8,640 bases of DNA, from NCBI RefSeq assembly GCF_000143415.4, contig NW_003314626.1, positions 1 to 8,640 of the forward strand, given 5' to 3'. Under the pieces are notes generated by a model. That model was given only the letters and a program-made list of their open reading frames with translations. It made no database searches and had not been told where the DNA came from. Position 1 is the stretch's first letter. Each line of letters starts with the position of its first letter. The position numbers were made by a program, and so were the translations under genes. This document shows, one piece after another, positions 1-7,448 of this stretch. Origin of the DNA: Selaginella moellendorffii. Its lineage: Eukaryota > Plantae > Lycopodiophyta.

Positions 1-740
1 AATTTGTTTCATGGCAAGCCAGAAGGATTACGTGAGATGGCCGGCACAGTGAGTGATTGGTTTTGTAAAGTTCGTGCTCAAAATCTCGTTTGTTTCAGAT
101 ACTCTCATGGTGCAAGCTGGTGGACGCTGGGTGACAACTGGGAGTCCACAGTGTTGTTCTTCACAATGTATTTCCAGTTCATCACGTCCGCATTCGTGTT
201 CTCGTTTGGCTCCAAGTTTCGAAAGACCGTATTCAAAAACCTCTCTTTGATGGTAAGTCTTCTACTGTCAAGTAGTTTCAAGCACTTAAGTCTTTTCCAC
301 GCAGGTTTCGTACTGGTCATTGATCGCTGTGTGCTCTTGTCTACTGCTTCTTCCTCACAACAAGTTCACGGAAGTATGGCACGTTGCAAGCGAGCAATTC
401 AACCATGCAAACCCCGCCTCTCCAGTTTGGGCGTCTTACCAGGTAAAAAACTCTCATTCTTTCCACAACTAAATCATATCTCTTCGTGTTTTCTTCCAGA
501 AAAATGGTGGACAGCCTTCGCCGGCCATGAGCTTTGATTTCCGTTTCAAGCTATGGTGGATCATTCTCGCGAGTCTCGCCGTCAATATAGCTTGGCAAAA
601 GGTGGGAATTTTTCCATTCCAGAAGAGAAGAAAAAGAAATTCTCACTTGATAACGTGCGTTCCAGGTCGTAGTGGAAGGCCCACTGGCACGGATTTTAGC
701 TGCAAAGTATCCCTCAAAGCGACAAAAGCTACACATTTAG
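1..740 (+). CDS. 3' exons (C-terminal transmembrane region) of a P5-type P-type ATPase, upstream copy; whether the rest is functional is not visible
   Basis: Exons <1-48, 99-252, 305-442, 500-601, 666-740 joined by GT-AG introns of 50, 52, 57 and 64 nt give an open frame ...FMASQKDYVRWPAQYSHGASWWTLGDNWESTVLFFTMYFQFITSAFVFSFGSKFRKTVFKNLSLMVSYWSLIAVCSCLLLLPHNKF...RFKLWWIILASLAVNIAWQKVVVEGPLARILAAKYPSKRQKLHI* (TAG 738-740). Identical to the 3' end of the gene at 3498-6694. Confidence 0.85.
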
Positions 741-1009
741 AGTATATTTTTAGAATCGCCAAGAATGTACGGTACCAAAAATTTAAATCTGAAGGGCAAA
801 CGCCATCTTGAATTCGTTGGTTAAGCATATATCCTTTTCAAAAGCTCTCTAGAAGTTTACTCACCGTTTAGCTGCACGTCGCTAAGAACTCTCCGAAAGA
901 CAAACGGGGAAATGTTAATCAGTCTCAGGGTCTCATCAATCACCTTCACAGACAGTCAGCAGTCATAAAGAACTCGAAGAAACTTTAGCATACTCTAGAC
1001 ATGTATGCG

Positions 1010-1054
1010 GTCTAGAGTCTAGAGTCTCGAGTCCAGAGTCTAGTCAGGTCTAGT
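1010..1054. repeat. Degenerate 7-mer tandem repeat (GTCTAGA)n (copy 2: 6964-7008)
   Basis: GTCTAGA GTCTAGA GTCTCGA GTCCAGA GTCTAGT cag GTCTAGT. Confidence 0.8.
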
Positions 1055-1198
1055 CATGCTCCTGATGCGCCTCTTGTGCACGAGGGGATCCATGTGTACT
1101 TGCTAGAGAAAGAGAAATTATATATTTGCGGTCATGACAAATAGCAATGTGTTTTAGCTAGAGGAACCTTCTAGCATCAAACGATGCTTCCTGGCGCT

Positions 1199-1454
1199 TG
1201 CCGCCTAGAAACGCGTTCTTCTTCCCAATCCCTTGGAAGCAGTGGCCAATAGCACGACGGTGGTGGGTTTTCGGGGTGCCGAGCCCCACAGACGGTGTCG
1301 ACCGCACCCGCCGGTCGGAGGGCGGGGAACGACGGAGCGCCGAAGGAGAGTCAGCACGTCGAGTCTCCCGCCGACCCCACTCCCTGGGCTCTACCCGCCG
1401 GTGAGCTCATCCGGAGTGTGGGCTGCCGCCTAGAAAAACGCGTTCTTCTTCCCA
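1199..1454 (+). repeat. 29/31-bp direct repeat flanking a 196-bp GC-rich segment
   Basis: TGCCGCCTAGAAACGCGTTCTTCTTCCCA (1199-1227) and TGCCGCCTAGAAAAACGCGTTCTTCTTCCCA (1424-1454) differ only by two extra A. Confidence 0.92.
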
Positions 1455-1455
1455 G
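1401..1455 (+). other. Candidate 55-nt 5'-UTR intron of the 1495-2262 gene (copy 2: 7355-7409)
   Basis: CCG|GTGAGC donor and TTCTTCTTCCCAG|G acceptor. The length matches the local intron sizes and it ends 39 nt before the ATG. Confidence 0.4.
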
Positions 1456-1494
1456 GAGAGCTCCTGAGCTTTGTTTATTGCTCCATCTCCAACA

Positions 1495-2262
1495 ATGTCG
1501 AAAATCTCCAAGTCGGTGGCCAAGAGCTCTACATCAACTCATGTTGCGCAGGGCTTGTACGATGGCAGCAAAACGCTGCTCCACAGCTCTGGAGTGGTCT
1601 CCTCGTCAGCCATAATTCCAGGCGAAATCAGAAACCATCTCAAGCCCAAGGATCTCTTTGATTTCGTCGCTCTTGAGCGATCCAGCCCCTCGCTCCTCCG
1701 TGCCATCGTCTACTGCCAATCCGGCCTCACAAACGGCTTCACCAGGAGCTTGACCAAGGGCTTGCAGGGCGCCATCGAAGCAACAGCCGCCCTCGCCACT
1801 AACTGCATCAATCCAAAGTCGATCATCAACCACGACTTCCTGGTGATTGTGCTGGTCGTCGGGGGCGTGGAGCAATTCTTCCTTGCCGAGAAGTGTGGCC
1901 CTGGCGAAGAATGCGGGATCAATATCACCCTCGTTCGCAGTCTAGGCGAGTATACCAATGCCAAGCTGCTGAATTTCGATTGTGAGGATACGCCGCTGGA
2001 ACTGCACGAGCTCATGAGGATTCTGGAGAATCATGACCCGCAGTACAGCCATCACGACAAGAATTGCTGGGAGTATGCGATGAACACCACCAAGAAGCTG
2101 CTGATGGAGTGCCACCGGAGGAGTGGAAAGGCCCAGTTTTGCGAGCGGGCCGAGGTGGTCGGGGGTGAGATCGCTGTAGCACAAGCCCAAGGTATGAGCA
2201 GTCGAAGTTTCAAGGTGTTTGCGCAAGCAATCTCCGCGCTTACTTCCAATACTACTTCTTAG
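1495..2262 (+). CDS. Intronless 255-aa protein, putative permuted papain-like (PPPDE/DeSI/LRAT-type) cysteine peptidase/hydrolase
   Basis: ATG at 1495 in plant-like context AACAATG, with an in-frame TGA upstream at 1465-1467 and stop TAG 2260-2262. Many codons end in C/G. Motifs NHDFLVI (His113, nt 1831), FFLAEK and PQYSHHDKNCWEYA (Cys191, nt 2065), with His before Cys. The CDS is well supported; the function rests on motif recognition only. Confidence 0.7.
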   Translation: MSKISKSVAKSSTSTHVAQGLYDGSKTLLHSSGVVSSSAIIPGEIRNHLKPKDLFDFVALERSSPSLLRAIVYCQSGLTNGFTRSLTKGLQGAIEATAALATNCINPKSIINHDFLVIVLVVGGVEQFFLAEKCGPGEECGINITLVRSLGEYTNAKLLNFDCEDTPLELHELMRILENHDPQYSHHDKNCWEYAMNTTKKLLMECHRRSGKAQFCERAEVVGGEIAVAQAQGMSSRSFKVFAQAISALTSNTTS

Positions 2263-2297
2263 TTGACGACAATCGATATGGTTACACCCTTATAGCC

Positions 2298-2323
2298 TTA
2301 TAGTTATGGTTATGGTTATAGTT
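2298..2323. repeat. Short (TTATRG)4 microsatellite downstream of the ORF stop (copy 2: 8247-8272)
   Basis: TTATAG TTATGG TTATGG TTATAG TT. Confidence 0.75.
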
Positions 2324-2431
2324 TACAAAGAGGTTTCTATTATTGAGGTTTATCATTACGATTTATAATATTAAAGTCATTATAAATGTTATGGCTTGCT
2401 TTGTTTTGGAAATTCAACATAGCACTAATAT

Positions 2432-2839
2432 CTAGAGAAGGAGTACTTGCCCAGCAAATGTTGGGTGGTTTACAGAGAGGTTTAATATAAAATGTCTTTA
2501 TAAACAGTGTTCATTGTAAAAGCATAAGGATTTTGAGGAAGGAGGTGGCCTTGGTGTGTGGTGTTTTGAATTTTAATTCTAAGTCCATGTGGTGATATGC
2601 ATCTTGATAAAGCCATATAAAGTTACCCATGAGTGAAAATTGGGTGGGGCAAGTAAACTCCAACTCGGTCAAATGTTTGTCCTTGGCATTTAGAAATTGT
2701 TAAGCAGTAATCTAAACGGATTGGAAATTGTCTTTTGGACATTTTAAACGGAATTTCTGCATTTGATGGTATTAGTGTGATACGTGGGATAAAAACTTTT
2801 GTCCCTTTAAATTGCCCCATCACAATTTCACACTCTAAA
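2432..2839 (-). mobile_element. Helitron 3'-terminal fragment (decayed)
   Basis: On the minus strand the PIF1 helicase C-terminus is followed 15 nt after its stop by the hairpin ACCCAACATTTGCTGGGC (2466-2449), a 13-nt spacer and CTAG (2435-2432). The region is AT-rich. The base after CTAG is A rather than the canonical T. Confidence 0.8.
2482..2838 (-). pseudogene. Helitron RepHel PIF1-family helicase C-terminal fragment with a nonsense codon
   Basis: LECEIVMGQFKGTKVFIPRITLIPSNAEIPFKMSKRQFPIRLDYCLTISKCQGQTFDRVGVYLPHPIFTHG*LYMALSRCISPHGLRIKIQ...FTMNTVYKDILY* matches the Helitron PIF1 consensus RQFP...TINKSQGQT...HGQLYVALSR...NVVY. The consensus Q is replaced by TAA at 2625-2623. Confidence 0.93.
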
Positions 2840-3496
2840 TGTAAGCCACAAATTTTTCATTTCCAATTTGCCAGCTTACCTCGTCTATCTGATCAACACC
2901 GCCTTGGCTTTAGTTAAGTTCCCTCGCTAAGGTTCCCACCTATGGTATTAACTCTTACTTGGTCATACTTGATTTCAGCTACTCACTACACGAGCAACGG
3001 AGCGTTAGCCATCTATCCACGGATTCCCAAATCTCTCCCAATCCCCCTCCCCGGGTTAGACTGAACTTAAGGTTCGGCAACACTCCCTGCAGGCACAAGT
3101 AGCTAAGCACACCAAACCTGCAGATTCCTAACATCCCTTGGTACTACAAGACTTGATCATGGGACCCTTTAAATCCTAAGTCTTGAGTGCAACACCGGCT
3201 TGAGGATGCCGGGGCAAAACACCCTGGCCTCACGGCCTGGTATGGGTACCTCTACCCCCCCCTCCCACTTCCATCCCGAAGGGAAGGTCCAAGCCCCTAG
3301 GAAGGGCGAGGACTAATGAGCCACAAGGTACTCAAGTGGGGCACCACTCCACATGAGCCAGGAGCACCATAGTCAGTTTCCCTTTCGGGAGTGGGAGTTG
3401 CTCTTGAGCACTTCCTTGGATGGCCCCTCCGGCACCAACCAAGTCCATGCTCACTCCCACCCAACGCCCCTCGGTCCCAGTCCCAACCTCAAGTCA
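2840..3496. mobile_element. Putative LTR-retrotransposon LTR fragment or other non-coding repeat at the rearrangement junction
   Basis: Starts TGTAAG about where helicase similarity stops and ends near ...AAGTCA just before ATPase similarity starts. Non-coding, C-rich on the + strand, with many short hairpins. No matching TSD (CTAAA vs TGATG), no partner LTR and no internal genes are visible. Confidence 0.4.
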
Positions 3497-3497
3497 T

Positions 3498-6400
3498 GAT
3501 GATGCTCTCGCAATTGTCACAGAGACAGGTATATCCTTCTGCCATGGTTTTTTCTTTCACTAAGGAACGCGTTTTTTCTGTGACCCAGGTATGTCAACCT
3601 CCAAAGGCGAACTGGTTGTGACGATTTTGTACCCTCAAAAGCTCATCTTCAAGTACGATGAGGAGCTCCAAATCGTTGCCTGTCTTCTTTTTATCTACGC
3701 TATCATATGCTTTGTTGTGTCCATATAAAGTTTCAGGTATATATCCATGTTTCTCTATATGAAATCATTTCCGTCTATTGTGGACCAGAACATGAACGGA
3801 CAGCAGAGTATTTGGGTGACAAAGTGGATCTACTGTATGTTCATCATAAATCAGATAATGTCGCCACTATTGCCGGTCGCTCTTGAAGTTGGACAAATTC
3901 ACGCTCTGGAGAGTTTAAAGGCACGCCTTCTTACCTCCTGTTTCCAGTTCCTTATGTTGTTCTTTCAGAAGCGTGGGGTGTTTTGCCTCAATCCAAAGCG
4001 CATAGGTTATCGCTGGGAAGATACGAGTTTTCTGTTTTGACAAAACTGGGACATTGACAAAAGAGGGACTCGATTTTGTTGGAGTTCAGAGTGTCGTCAC
4101 TAACTCCTTTGGACCAGTTTTATCACTTGAAGGTGGTCAAAGAATTGATGATATTGTTTTGCATGGACTTGCCACATGTCATGCTGTTACAAAGTTTGGA
4201 AAGGACTTGGTTGGAAACCAGGTTGAGGTAAATTTGTAATTTTCGCCAGAAAAGCCTGGATGATCTTTTGTGTGACAGGTGAAAATGTTCTCAGCTGTGG
4301 ATGGAATTTGATAGAGTCCGCAAAGAGTCCCCCAGTCGTTTCAGATGGTTCCGGATCACGGACCTTTAGAATCGTGAGACGAAACGAGTTTGATCAATCG
4401 AGAGCAACAATGAGTGTTGTTGTGGAGGACAACTCTGGAAACTTTCACATCTACTGCAAGGTTCTTGCGTCTAGCATTTGCTCATTAATATTTCCGTTCA
4501 AGCATGGCAGGGTTCTTTCGAAAAGATTAAGGAGCTGAGCAACGCTCAAAGCCTTCCAGCGGACTACGAGGACAGAGCACGGCTTCAAGCTCTGCAAGGT
4601 TGTTATGTTCTTGGTTTAAGCTACAGGTGCACGCTGTTTCCTCAGTCTTCCATGTTTTGCAGCTGGCTTTTTATACTGTTTTCTTCCCTGAACCTTGCAG
4701 ATACCTTGGCCGAGAACTGGCATTTGAAGACATGTTAGCACTACCAAGGAATGAGTTGGAGAAGGACCTGAATTTTATATCTCTGGTCTTGTTTAGGAAC
4801 GAGCTCAAGCCGGATAGCTCTGCAGCTATTCATTCTCTCAAAGCTGGAAAGGTACGTTGTCTATATTGATTCCGCTGGAAAACGAAATGCTCCTGGTCTA
4901 TAGGTTCGTCCCGTGATGGTTACCGGTGATAATGCTCAATGCGGCCACTATATTGCTAAACAATCTGGTATGTTCTCATCTGACTGTAAGATACTACTGG
5001 CTGATATAACGAACGACAACAGGTTGGTCTTATTCTTTATGAAAGATCTTTCTAACGATAGCTTTGTCTCTGTAGCGTGGTATGGTCTCCACTGAGTAGT
5101 AAAGTGACAACGGGTATAAGCCGCATGACCACCGAAGAACTACTTCAAAGTAGAGCGAGCTTACTTGAGGACGGGACCTTGGAACTTGCGGTTACGGGTA
5201 AAGCTTTTAATCGCTTACAAGAATCCAAGAGAATGGACGACTTACTTCTTTAAACACGAATCTTCGCAAGATTCACTCCTTCCGATAAGGTTCATCTTGT
5301 TCCCTTTGATAATAGTCTCATGCGGTTGGGGACTTGCAGGAGAAAGTGGTAACTATGCATAGAAACCATGGCCTAATCGTGGGAATGTGTGGTGACGGTG
5401 GAAACGATTGTGGAGCGCTAAGGGCCGCTCACGCCGGCATCGCTTTAAGTGCTGCAGAAGCATCGGTGGTGTCTCCATTTACTGCCCGAAACAAATCGGT
5501 CAGTTCAAGCTTTTTTCTGAAACAATCGCGCAAAGTTGATGTTTCTTTGTAGGTCCACGCTGTGGTAGATTCACTACGTGAAGCGCGAGGTGCTCTCCAT
5601 ACGTCATTCGCATGCTACAAGTTTCTGATTATTTATGGCCTCCAGTTCTCAATATTCAAGCTTTGTTGTTATTGGTAAGCTTGGACTTTCGAGATCTTCC
5701 CGACGCTTAGCGCTTTTAATCCAGGTTTGGGATTATAGCCTGCCAAATGGACTGCATATTTATTGATGGCGTAGCTGTGCTCAGCCTTGGTTATGCCATG
5801 TCTCGGTGCAACGCTGAAAAAATACTCAACAAGGTTCTTGAAATGTTTAACCGTGGTAATGACAGGTGAGGCCTACTTCCAGTTTGCTTGGACCTTTAAA
5901 CGTAGCATCGGTGCTGGGGCTATGGGGAAGCAACGTTGTGTTCCTGGTGGCTGCAATTTGTTTCATGGCAAGCCAGAAGGATTACGTGAGATGGCCGGCA
6001 CAGTGAGTGATTGGTTTTGTAAAGTTCGTGCTCAAAATCTCGTTTGTTTCAGATACTCTCATGGTGCAAGCTGGTGGACGCTGGGTGACAACTGGGAGTC
6101 CACAGTGTTGTTCTTCACAATGTATTTCCAGTTCATCACGTCCGCATTCGTGTTCTCGTTTGGCTCCAAGTTTCGAAAGACCGTATTCAAAAACCTCTCT
6201 TTGATGGTAAGTCTTCTACTGTCAAGTAGTTTCAAGCACTTAAGTCTTTTCCACGCAGGTTTCGTACTGGTCATTGATCGCTGTGTGCTCTTGTCTACTG
6301 CTTCTTCCTCACAACAAGTTCACGGAAGTATGGCACGTTGCAAGCGAGCAATTCAACCATGCAAACCCCGCCTCTCCAGTTTGGGCGTCTTACCAGGTAA

Positions 6401-6694
6401 AAAACTCTCATTCTTTCCACAACTAAATCATATCTCTTCGTGTTTTCTTCCAGAAAAATGGTGGACAGCCTTCGCCGGCCATGAGCTTTGATTTCCGTTT
6501 CAAGCTATGGTGGATCATTCTCGCGAGTCTCGCCGTCAATATAGCTTGGCAAAAGGTGGGAATTTTTCCATTCCAGAAGAGAAGAAAAAGAAATTCTCAC
6601 TTGATAACGTGCGTTCCAGGTCGTAGTGGAAGGCCCACTGGCACGGATTTTAGCTGCAAAGTATCCCTCAAAGCGACAAAAGCTACACATTTAG
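3498..6694 (+). pseudogene. P5(B-like) P-type ATPase (ATP13A/Ypk9-like) pseudogene, 5'-truncated near the end of the A domain
   Basis: Exons about 3498-3528, 3589-3736, 3789-3920, 3969-4227, 4279-4460, 4511-4626, 4701-4851, 4904-5022, 5076-5289, 5340-5498, 5553-5674, 5725-5833, 5866-6002, 6053-6206, 6259-6396, 6454-6555, 6620-6694. Motifs: ALAIVTETG/MSTSKGEL..ILYP, M4 SPLLP, CFDKTGTLT (DKTGTLT 4039-4059), [39 protein letters not shown]. Lesions: extra 2 nt giving TAA 3726-3728, +1 at ~4005, -1 at ~4298, TAA 5251-5253. Confidence 0.93.
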
Positions 6695-7152
6695 AGTATA
6701 TTTTTAGAATCGCCAAGAATGTACGGTACCAAAAATTTAAATCTGAAGGGCAAACGCCATCTTGAATTCGTTGGTTAAGCATATATCCTTTTCAAAAGCT
6801 CTCTAGAAGTTTACTCACCGTTTAGCTGCACGTCGCTAAGAACTCTCCGAAAGACAAACGGGGAAATGTTAATCAGTCTCAGGGTCTCATCAATCACCTT
6901 CACAGACAGTCAGCAGTCATAAAGAACTCGAAGAAACTTTAGCATACTCTAGACATGTATGCGGTCTAGAGTCTAGAGTCTCGAGTCCAGAGTCTAGTCA
7001 GGTCTAGTCATGCTCCTGATGCGCCTCTTGTGCACGAGGGGATCCATGTGTACTTGCTAGAGAAAGAGAAATTATATATTTGCGGTCATGACAAATAGCA
7101 ATGTGTTTTAGCTAGAGGAACCTTCTAGCATCAAACGATGCTTCCTGGCGCT

Positions 7153-7408
7153 TGCCGCCTAGAAACGCGTTCTTCTTCCCAATCCCTTGGAAGCAGTGGC
7201 CAATAGCACGACGGTGGTGGGTTTTCGGGGTGCCGAGCCCCACAGACGGTGTCGACCGCACCCGCCGGTCGGAGGGCGGGGAACGACGGAGCGCCGAAGG
7301 AGAGTCAGCACGTCGAGTCTCCCGCCGACCCCACTCCCTGGGCTCTACCCGCCGGTGAGCTCATCCGGAGTGTGGGCTGCCGCCTAGAAAAACGCGTTCT
7401 TCTTCCCA
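7153..7408 (+). repeat. Duplicate of the 29/31-bp direct repeat pair
   Basis: 7153-7181 and 7378-7408, identical to copy 1. Confidence 0.92.
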
Positions 7409-7448
7409 GGAGAGCTCCTGAGCTTTGTTTATTGCTCCATCTCCAACA

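Larger units (their letters stand above)
1..2691. repeat. Tandem segmental duplication, visible part of copy 1 (period 5954 bp)
   Basis: 1-2691 aligns to 5955-8640 (offset 5954, then 5949 after a 5-bp deletion). Differences seen: C1589/T7543, AATCC 1810-1814 absent in copy 2, G1867/A7816, A2093/G8042, G2494/A8443, C2512/G8461, T2580/C8529. Confidence 0.98.

Noticed and set aside
1119-1250. TATATAT and CCAAT as core promoter elements
   Set aside because: These are short motifs in the wrong relative order, with no transcription-start evidence.
1199-1454. Direct repeats as a CRISPR array
   Set aside because: There are only two repeats with a 196-nt spacer, in a eukaryotic context with no cas genes.
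1587-1609. Minus-strand CTGACGA-GGAG-ACCA-CTCC resembling a hammerhead core and stem II
   Set aside because: It is followed by AGAG (AAAG in copy 2), not GAAA, and lies within coding sequence.
1198-1615. Overlapping short ORFs upstream of the peptidase-like gene, and antisense ORFs over 1606-2249
   Set aside because: They have mostly non-ATG starts and are expected from GC-rich sequence. The in-frame TGA at 1465 blocks N-terminal extension of the main ORF.
3313-3335. Hammerhead-like CTAATGAGCCACAAGG in the LTR-like segment (retrozyme idea)
   Set aside because: The core is CTAATGA rather than CTGANGA, no GAAA follows the stem, and I found no stems I/III.
3391-3621. 76-aa ORF as a chimeric 5' exon for the truncated ATPase
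   Set aside because: It has a GTG start, is in a different frame from DDALAIVTETG, and downstream lesions preclude a protein.
5787-6491. ORFs 5787-6491, 4-537, 527-811 and 6481-6765 as stand-alone proteins
   Set aside because: They are read-throughs of ATPase exons and introns in mixed frames. The spliced model explains them.
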